Origin: Octopus sinensis
Taxonomy: Eukaryota
Assembly: GCF_006345805.1 (NCBI RefSeq)
Contig: NW_021827616.1
Coordinates: 1-10,280 of the forward strand
DNA: 10,280 nt
Direction of reading: 5' to 3'
Notes under the pieces: model-generated
What the model was told of the DNA's origin: nothing
The model's database searches: none
The model's input: only the letters and a program-made list of their open reading frames with translations
Part shown: positions 1 through 7,575 of the stretch, in pieces
Numbering within the stretch: the stretch's first letter is position 1
Layout: the number at the start of each line of letters is the position of its first letter
Made by a program: the position numbers and the translations under genes

Positions 1-702
1 GTACGCTAAAGCTGAGGAAAAGACCAAATGACCGTGGATAGAATGTTTTTGATTTTATGCCTGTTGGATCAGATCCAAACTGCGGTAACACAACGAAAAC
101 AGACATAAAACACAAACATAGATGCATATTAAATGCAAATTTTCTGAGTCTAAGATTCGGCTCTAATATGCTCTTAAAGTTATTTCATTTTGTGGGTGTT
201 ATAGACCATCGATAGTGACTTTCGTGATCTCTGCAAATCATAGACATAGCACCGAAATCTTAATCATTGAATATGTGTGGGAGAAAAAGAAAGAATTGCT
301 GGTGATGTCTTTGACTGCAGATATAATCTGTCAGAGCTGATACTGAATTAGACAGCAACGTGGTAACAATAAAGCGCGTAGACCGGTGCTTGACCTGTTA
401 AAAAGAGTAGCACTAATTCTTTAATTTCACATTTTACGGTTTTTCTTTTAAAAAGAAAATGCATTGAACCATGTGGTCTTAGATATCTTCATTCCTTGTG
501 ACACCATTAAGGCAAATATTCTCTCAGATTTTCTCTGACACGTCTCATATATCAGGTTGTCAGATAAACACGTTCATTTTTCCCCCATATATTTTAATCC
601 GTAGTTTTCAATAACAGATTTAACAATTCATCCAAAACAATTTTAAGAAGGAAAGACAGATAAATAGAGAAAAATATAGCAAATCATTTTTGTACCTTTC
701 AG

Positions 703-772
703 TCGCGAACAGCCCAAGTAGAAGTGAAGCTCTGAGCAGACAATCAGATATCGTTCCCACGTCTCCTCTAAG
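703..772 (+). other. Candidate isolated internal exon (unverified)
   Basis: GC-richer island in AT-rich DNA. Acceptor TTTTTGTACCTTTCAG ends at 702 and donor AG|GTAGCG starts at 773. One frame is open (xANSPSRSEALSRQSDIVPTSPLx). No recognisable homology, and a competing minus-strand exon (802-696) is also possible. Confidence 0.2.
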
Positions 773-1120
773 GTAGCGTAGTAGCAACTCTCCGGGTCCC
801 ATCTATGGATTAATTATCATAGGTTAATTATCATGTCTGGAAGTAGATCGCTCGCGGACACCCCCAAAGGTAGTAGAACTGATGAGATATTTTAAAATCC
901 TGTATCCCTCTGTAATTACTGGTATCATACACTTGTTGCACCAATCAGATATAAGTGTGAATGACTAAGGAGTGGAACTGGCTTACACAAATCACATCCA
1001 CCGTATTAATCACTATAATCATATTTATCATGCATGCTCTTTGGCTGAGTCTTGGTAAAACCTCATTCAACCAGAGAGTCTACTACTTATATACATGTGT
1101 GAGTGTATACATACATACAT

Positions 1121-1642
1121 GGTGGCTGCCCCCTCGTTATCGAGTATGGCCATTGCACGAAGCTTAATCAATGTTGTTATCGTGCAATGCCTGTGCAAGA
1201 AGATTTTTTTTTAAGTGAGGAAAGGCTGTGCACTGAGTCAATCCCACTCATTAGCAACAGCAGCCATAATCCGAAAAGAAGAACAAGTCAACATCATCGG
1301 TAACCACTGAGCCGCAGGTTTTATGTCGGAGTTATTCCAGTTACCTGAGTTACCTTCTCCTAGAAGGATGCCCTAACAAAGGCTGGGAGTCCTTCACTCC
1401 CAATGGTTTAACCGCGCGATCGGGTATTCAGTCCGATTATTTCTATGTCCCCGCGCATGCCTTAAAAAAAAAATAATTTATTGGATGGCCGTTGACTCTC
1501 AAGATTTCCTCCGCCCTTTGACAGGTTTTGTTTTTCATCCCGCAGGGTGTCCAATAAACACCCTCCTCACCAAGCAAGCTTGGTGGGGTTGCCGGTTTAG
1601 TCGCCGACGACCCGACCATGCAACAGTGTTAACAGTAGCACT
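1121..1642 (-). mobile_element. Non-autonomous, internally deleted (bipartite) RTE-clade LINE derivative / SINE-like element
   Basis: The minus-strand 3' end CATACTCG-ATAA-CGAGGGGGCAGCC (1148-1124), followed by an (ATGT)3 tail (1120-1109), resembles the RTE 3' stem-loop. Segment 1353-1401 (plus CCTTCTCCTAGAAGGATGCCCTAACAAAGGCTGGGAGTCC...) resembles a motif I recall from RTE 5' UTRs. No ORF. Both ends abut CATA-type microsatellite. Family assignment is from recollection, not a search. Confidence 0.55.
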
Positions 1643-1790
1643 CATACACACATACATACATACATACACACTTACATACATATACATACATATACATACG
1701 TATAAGTACATGCGCGTGTGTGTATGCGTGTGAGTGGGCGTGTGTATGTATGTGAGTACATGTGCAAGAATATTACGATATACATGAATA
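1643..1790. repeat. Compound (CATA)n/(CA)n then (GT)n/(TATG)n microsatellite
   Basis: Directly visible imperfect repeats with an orientation switch near 1700. Confidence 0.9.
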
Positions 1791-1917
1791 AATATGTGTT
1801 CGGTGCGAAGGTCTGTCTTCACATGCATACATGTAGCTTTCTGTATCTGTGCTTGAAATCTTAGAATCACTTCTGATATCATATGTTGACAGAAATTTTA
1901 AAAGAAAAAACAATGCG

Positions 1918-2291
1918 ATTATATATAATTATTAATGGATAAGTATACGTAAGCATACATATATATGTGTGTATGTGTATACATACATATTTATATCTAT
2001 CTAAATATATATATATCTATATCTATACAAACATATATATATATATGCGTATATATAGATATATATATATACATATATTATATATATATATATATTATAC
2101 ATATGTATACATAATTATACATATATTTATATATTCAAAAATATAGATAGTATATACATATATATATATATCTATATATACATGTTATATATATACACGT
2201 ATATATATATTATATACACGTATATATATATATAGATATATATATTATATATATATATATAGATATATATACATACATATATATAATATAC

Positions 2292-2326
<35 letters not shown>

Positions 2327-2470
2327 TTATATACATATACATATATATGTTGTACATAAATATATGATGCTTACATACATATATATAAATATATATATAC
2401 ACTCACATACACACATATATACACATATATATATATATATATGGGTGTGTGTATATGTGTTTATATTTCT
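1918..2470. repeat. Long imperfect (TA)n/(CATA)n microsatellite tract
   Basis: Directly visible; explains the Y/I/M/C-rich spurious ORFs. Confidence 0.95.
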
Positions 2471-2554
2471 ATTTTTATGGAGCTATATATAGATAAATGC
2501 ATCTAATTCTATCCATACGTGCTTTTGTTACACCAAAGAACCCACATTCACCCA

Positions 2555-2952
2555 AAAACACACACACGTACGCACAAATACCTGTACATATATTTGTGCA
2601 TTCCTATACATATATTTATGCATACATGCAAATAAATACACACACGTGCGTGCGCACGCTCGCACACACGCATACATATGTGAAATTATAAACTGCAGTG
2701 TAATCTAATAACTACAAACTATGGCAGCATAAAATAATTTTTGAGAAATGTATATAATTTTTAAAGAAAATTTCAAAGAATATGTACATATACATCAGTA
2801 TACATCAACACACACACAATATTTGTATATAACATATACATATATACATAAATACATATATACATACACACACACACACACCACATATATATATATATTA
2901 TATATATTATATATATAATATATATATACGCATACATATATACATACATATT
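2555..2952. repeat. Imperfect (CA)n/(TA)n/(CATA)n low-complexity tracts
   Basis: Directly visible at about 2555-2690 and 2783-2952. Confidence 0.85.
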
Positions 2953-3388
2953 AACAATTGGTGTCATATTTTCATTTTCACATAAACGAAAAATTATATA
3001 GAAATATCAGTTATTTTTATTTTATTTTATTTATATATAATTTTAATATGCTAGCTTCTGCTAGCATGGAAATATAATTTTTATAATACTTGTGAATTTC
3101 ACTCATTCACTCCTTCCCCACTCGTTCCAACTCCCCCTCTCTTAAATCACTTCTTTTTTTTACTATATTTTTCTCTCGCTCTCTCACGATCTCTCTTTAT
3201 CTGTTCATCTCCCCCTTTTAATGTCTCTCTTCTTACACCCCTACTTCCTGCCTAATCCTGTACCTTGTTTTCTTTATAATTTTTCCTCAATATGATTTTA
3301 TTTTCGTCTTATCAGAAACTAATCTTGTTCCAATTTCTTTCTCTCTCTTACTATCACTTAATCTCAATTTCTTCTCCTTATTCTCTAA

Positions 3389-3414
3389 ACACACACACAC
3401 TCACTCTCTCTGTC

Positions 3415-3450
<36 letters not shown>
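3389..3450. repeat. (AC)n + (TC)n microsatellite within a pyrimidine-rich stretch (about 3100-3560)
   Basis: ACACACACACAC followed by TCTCTCTG/TCTC repeats. Confidence 0.95.
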
Positions 3451-3454
<4 letters not shown>

Positions 3455-3699
3455 TTATTCTCTCCGTCTTCTGTCACTGTATTCTTCTTTTTGTCTTTAT
3501 TTCTCATTTCAATATGGCCGCCAAACCATTCCTTATTCCCTCGTTTACTTTAATACATTAGATGAGTTTTTTGTCTCAATGTCTTTCTGAATATCAGAAA
3601 CAAATTTAATCTCAACTACACTCTCATGTTCACAATATATCATCTTCTCACTCACTTTTCCTCTTTCATTTGCTCTGGTCGTATTTTTCATAAATACAT

Positions 3700-3941
3700 G
3701 TGTGTTCATGTACATTTTTATAAACACACACGTATATATAAATGCATATATAATATATATATATTTATTATACATATATATGTCAATATGTATTATATAT
3801 ATATGTATTTATATATATATATATATATATATATCATATGTATTACGTATATGTATCTATAACTTCTGTCTCTCTGTCTCTCCCACTTTGTACATATATA
3901 TATATTATATATATATATATGGATGTATTATATATATATAT

Positions 3942-3972
<31 letters not shown>

Positions 3973-3986
3973 TATATATATATAAT
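3700..3986. repeat. Imperfect (TA)n microsatellite
   Basis: Directly visible; flanks the tandem array on the left. Confidence 0.9.
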
Positions 3987-4207
3987 ATAATTAATCAATA
4001 TAGGGTGGCAAAAAATTTCGTAGAATTTATTTGCCACCAGCGGCCTAGTGGGAAAAAATTAAATAGTCATAGACCATTTATAAGTTCAACATCACAATCA
4101 AGGAATGGCCATAATAGGCCATTCACCCACTAGAAATAACAGCCAAAGCTTCAACCGCAAAATAACATTAATTCCGCAAACCAGGAGAATATTTAAAAAA
4201 TATTTAC

Positions 4208-4320
4208 CTGTATTTTCTTATACGATGCACCGTTTCATCTATTGTTTAATGGTAAACTAACCTGATTAAATTAAATCAAGCCAATCTTCCTAGGCCGATA
4301 GATTCGTCAGTAAGAAACAG
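4208..4320 (-). ncRNA. Type I hammerhead ribozyme (unit 1, canonical core)
   Basis: Minus strand: CUG-UUUCUUA [stem I] CUGACGA (4310-4304) AUCUAU [stem II] 55-nt insert AUAGAU GAAA (4236-4233) CGGUGCAUC GUA| UAAGAAA-AUA-CAG. All conserved core nucleotides are present. Stem I is 7 bp + 3-nt bulge + 3 bp, stem II is 6 bp, stem III is ACGG/UCGU with a UGCA loop. Predicted cleavage is after GUA, between 4221 and 4220. Confidence 0.85.
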
Positions 4321-4695
4321 CCAGATCCGAGCAGATATTATCACGAGGCACCTCTATCCCCTGCCTCGGCAATATCTGACCTAAAATTTTCAAATCATCG
4401 CACTCGCGCCAAATTTATCGGCAGCAAATATAAGCCGCCGATTCCATTACGGAATTAACCAGAAAATCATAATAAGTAATCAATATAGGGTGGCAAAAAA
4501 TTTCGTAGAATTTATTTGCCACCAGCGGCCTAGTGGGAAAAAATTAAATAGTCATAGACCATTTATAAGTTCAACATCACAATCAAGGAATGGCCATAAT
4601 AGGCCATTTTACCCCACTAGAAATAACAGCCAAAGCTTCAACCGCAAAATAACATTAATTCCGCAAACCAGGAGAAAATTTTTAAAATATTTACC

Positions 4696-4811
4696 CTGTA
4701 ATTTCTTATACGATGCACCGTTTCATCTATTGTTTAATGGTAAACTAACCTGATTAAATTAAATCAAGCCAATCTTCCATAGGCCGATAGAAAATCGTCA
4801 GTAAGAAACAG
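4696..4811 (-). ncRNA. Type I hammerhead ribozyme (unit 2, stem II base perturbed)
   Basis: Same motif: CUGACGA at 4801-4795, GAAA, stem III and GUA site (cleavage 4709|4708) are intact. The 5' strand of stem II reads UUUUCUAU instead of AUCUAU, which is either an indel or a read error. Confidence 0.7.
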
Positions 4812-5180
4812 CCAGATCCGAGCAGATATTATCACGAGGCACCTCTATCCCTGCTCGGGCATATCTGACCTAAAATTTTCAAATCATCGCACTCGCGCCA
4901 AATTTATCGGCAGCAAAGATAAGCCGCCGATTCCATTACGGAATTAACCAGAAAATTCATAATTAATCAATATAGGGTGGCAAAAAATTTCGTAGAATTT
5001 ATTTGCCACAGCGGCCTAGTGGGAAAAAATTAAATAGTCATAGACCATTTATAAGTCAACATCACAATCAAGGAATGGCCATAATAGGCCATTCACCCAC
5101 TAGAAATAACAGCCAAAGCTTCAACCGAAATAACATTAATTCCGCAAACCAGGAGAAAATTAAAAAAACATTTACCCTTA

Positions 5181-5248
5181 TTTCTTATACGATGCACCGT
5201 TTCATCTATTGTTTAATGGTAAACTAACCTGATTAAAATAAATTAAAT
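5181..5248 (-). ncRNA. 3' half of hammerhead (unit 3), truncated
   Basis: AUAGAU-GAAA-CGGUGCAUC-GUA|UAAGAAA is present (site 5188|5187). The CUGACGA half is absent because the array ends at the (TA)n tract. Confidence 0.7.
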
Positions 5249-5262
5249 ATATATATATATAT
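5247..5262. repeat. (AT)8 spacer between the HHR array and the Penelope-like element
   Basis: Directly visible. Confidence 0.95.
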
Positions 5263-5331
5263 TGATAAAAGGGTAAGATAACAAACAAAAGAAAGAAGAC
5301 CTCAATATTATGTAAATAGAGGAAATTTATC

Positions 5332-5705
5332 TATACAATATGTTACATTACTCGGTAGTGTCAAGATAAAACTCTGAGTTTCAGAATGCCGAAGTGGAAA
5401 TCCACAACACCATCTCTTCGGTTATCTGGCTATTTGAAACGTTATGAAAAATAACCGTTAAAAATGAAGGGAAATTACTCTGTTATAACTCTGCTTTGCC
5501 TGCGTACTTATACATCGCTCGCTTTTTCGTCATAAAATTATATAAAAATACATAAAAAATATATAAAAGTATATAAAAATATATAAAATCTTTGGGACAT
5601 AACACAGAAGCATGTTCTATCCGTTTTCTTTAGGGGACCAAAACCGTAACAGAAATTTAGTCACCTTGGGCCATATCCGAAAAGCTCTGTCATTGTATTT
5701 AGACA
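5332..5705 (-). repeat. Inverted repeat arm 1 (ORF end + 3' UTR/pLTR of the Penelope-like element)
   Basis: Reverse complement of 6986-7363; e.g. ATCCGAAAAGCTCTGTCATTGTATTTAGACA versus TGTCTAAATACAAGGACAGAGCTTTTTCGGAT. Includes a ~10-bp AT-rich minirepeat at about 5535-5590. Confidence 0.95.
5364..5427 (-). ncRNA. Degenerate type I hammerhead-like motif in pLTR arm 1
   Basis: AGAUAA [stem I] CCGAAGA (5421-5415; U4>C) GAUG...GUGG-AUUU-CCAC...CAUU CU GAAA (5382-5379) CUCAGA GUU| UUAUCU. Stem I is 6 bp and stem III is the near-palindrome ACUC-A-GAGU. The core is non-canonical. Confidence 0.6.
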
Positions 5706-6984
5706 TGTGGTAGGGTCTAAGCTGCTTTTCCAGATAAGCCATCTCTCCATGTCGCATAAACCGCACCTTCCTCTGCCGTTAGTATAGGGCTTCATCTGCA
5801 AAATCTTCCATTGATGTTATAATCGCCACCTTTATCTATTAAAGACCAAATATGATTGGATAATTGTGTCGCTTTTTATCTTTTGTTCCAGTGCCTAAAG
5901 CTCAAGTTTTGGTTATTGAACCTGGCCTTGAAATTACCCTCTGTCAGGCCCACGTATTTCTTCGTCGAAAAAACGGTGTCTTGTAGTGGTTAAGAGTTTA
6001 CGGTATCTTCATATATGATGGTCTTGGACATCAAGCTCCATTTAGCGGCACAATCTTTATTCCTGCAATGAACAGCTGTTTTTTCTTGTGTTTGTTTGTA
6101 TGTTATGATTGATTATGTTTTTAAAATTGGTAGTTGAACTAAAACTAAATTTTAATTGTGTCTATTAAAGAGTTTTCCTATAAGCATGGTTAACTGGAAA
6201 ATGTCTATCTATCGTGCTAGGAAATATTTACCTATATTGAAGGCCACCTCGTGTGAGTAAGGGGGCGTAAACCAGATGACCTTCCTATTTCTATTATTCC
6301 TTTTTCCTTATTGTTGGGCCTGGGTGATAGGTGTATATTTTATTTTTTCGCTAAAACCACTATCTTTTAAAGCTTTTATTAAAACTGGGGCAACGCTATT
6401 GAAGATGTCCTCATTAGATGAGAGGCTAGAATCCTCTTACTAATATTTGTAACTAAATTTTTGAATACTATAGGGGAATGGCATGAACCTACATTAATAT
6501 AACTTAGTCATTCATTGGGCTTCCTATAGGCTTAAAATAGTATATTAAGATCTAAGGAAACGTCTAAGAAATTGACAACCGCCAGGTAGTGTCTATAGTT
6601 TACTAAGTCCGAAGTGTTTCATTAACTGGATGAATATACTTCCTAAAACGATCTTGTGCTGGTCCCTTTGTATTAGCGTTAACGGCGAGGGCATCATCTT
6701 TTGTAGATGGCGAAATGTACGTTAGGGAATGTCTTACCGAAGGTATCTAGGAAAAAGAGCCAATTAGATCCAGATTGCCTCCCCAATCATATGAACCCTC
6801 TCACATCGAAAGCGCCCTCCGTGTCGGTTTTTTACCCACTTTGCATTCTCATGAAAAGTAATGTCTTTCTAAGCATGGAATTATATCCTTATCATTGGTA
6901 CTAATTTCTATGAAGTCACTAGCGAAGATTAGGGCTTTATCTGCAGTTCTTAGAGATAGAGGCATAAAATCAACAATAATCGAA
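5647..6984 (-). pseudogene. Frameshifted Penelope-like RT (from motif A on) - thumb - Cys linker - GIY-YIG endonuclease
   Basis: Manual translation across many 1-nt frameshifts gives FD-IVDF(Y)-SI (6984-6955), DKALIFA, FDV-GSYD-DLIG, Y(K)DD (6705-6693), NFLDVSLDLN, KPYRKPN, SSNEDIFN, RKVIWFTPPYS, NIGKYFL-IDRHFP, C-x-CRNKD-C-PLNGA-C, IIY (6019-6011), YVGLTEGNFKARFNN (YVG 5956-5948), SNHIW, WKIL, RCGLCDME, TCLNT-TELF and VTKFLL. Confidence 0.92.
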
Positions 6985-6985
6985 T

Positions 6986-7363
6986 TGTCTAAATACAAGG
7001 ACAGAGCTTTTTCGGATCAATGCACATGTGACTAAATTTCTGTTACGTTTTTTGGTCCCCCAAAGAAAACGATAAACATGCTTTCTGTGTTATGTCCCAA
7101 GAAGATTTTATATTTTTTTATATTTTTTTATATATTTTTATGTATTTTTTATATTTTTTTATGACGAAAAATGCGAGCGATGTATAAGTACGCAGGCAAA
7201 GCAGAGTTATACAGAGTAATTTCCCTTCATTTTTTAACGTATTTTTTTCATTAACGTTTTCAAATAGCCAGATAACCGCAGAGATGGTGTGTGGATTTCC
7301 ACTTCGGCATCTGAAACTCAGAGTTTTATCTTGACGACCGAGTAAATGTAAATATATTGTATA
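6986..7363 (+). repeat. Inverted repeat arm 2 (inverted pLTR)
   Basis: Starts abruptly at TGTCTAAATAC, next to the RT motif A truncation. Reads CLNTRTELF..HVTKFLL on the plus strand and ends in (TA)n at about 7363. Confidence 0.95.
7270..7331 (+). ncRNA. Degenerate type I hammerhead-like motif in pLTR arm 2
   Basis: AGAUAA CCGCAGA (7276-7282) GAUG..CAUC U GAAA (7313-7316) CUCAGA GUU| UUAUCU. Two core deviations (U4>C, A6>C). Confidence 0.5.
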
Positions 7364-7375
7364 TTATATATATAT

Positions 7376-7409
<34 letters not shown>

Positions 7410-7425
7410 GGATGTATATATATAT

Positions 7426-7467
<42 letters not shown>

Positions 7468-7575
7468 CTATATATATGGATGCATATTATATATATATAT
7501 ATATATATACAATAATAATATCCGTTTTAGTCAATGAATATACGTATTATAAGTATATATATATCTATATCTACA
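7361..7575. repeat. Imperfect (TA)n microsatellite
   Basis: Directly visible. Confidence 0.95.

Larger units (their letters stand above)
3987..5248 (-). mobile_element. Tandem array (~2.6 x ~487 bp) of a hammerhead-containing non-coding unit; non-LTR retrozyme-like / ribozyme satellite
   Basis: Marker TAATCAATATAGGGTGGC recurs at 3992, 4477 and 4964 (periods 485 and 487); the third unit stops at about 5248. Copies differ mainly by 1-2 nt indels. Complete units contain a type I HHR on the minus strand plus several hairpins. No credible protein homology. Flanked by (TA)n on both sides. Confidence 0.85.
5263..7363 (-). mobile_element. Penelope-like retroelement (EN+), 5'-truncated, with an inverted pseudo-LTR at the 5' end
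   Basis: Minus-strand RT + GIY-YIG remnant at 6984-5647, 3' UTR/pLTR and tail extending to 5263. An inverted copy of the 3' end (6986-7363) is joined at the truncation point. Both outer ends abut (TA)n. This matches the known tandem/inverted pLTR organisation of PLEs. Confidence 0.92.

Noticed and set aside
270-500. Weak resemblance to the 3' part of a common cephalopod SINE-like repeat
   Set aside because: Based only on vague recollection and highly diverged; no A/B boxes or tail can be shown without a database search.
810-834. TTAATTATCAT duplicated with a 3-bp spacer
   Set aside because: Short AT-rich slippage-type duplication with no supporting context.
879-905. CTGATGA followed by a small GAT/ATC stem
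   Set aside because: No GAAA or helix III/NUH follows, so it is not a hammerhead.
1540-1605. Twister-like words (UAA, AAGC, GAGGG) on the minus strand of the RTE-like element
   Set aside because: P4 and the pseudoknot pairings of the twister consensus cannot be built.
3702-5227. Repeated plus-strand ORFs (...HQRPSGKKLNSHRPF...) in the tandem units
   Set aside because: They are antisense to the structured HHR strand, their frames are broken differently in each copy, and they show no protein homology.
3987-5248. Array as CRISPR-like or as the pLTRs of the adjacent Penelope element
   Set aside because: Units are contiguous ~487-bp repeats without unique spacers, in a eukaryotic context. No visible homology to the neighbouring pLTR and no ORF-end remnant.
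6707-6904. Plus-strand 65-aa ORF, and also 8012-8365(+)
   Set aside because: Both are antisense to recognisable retroelement RT sequence.
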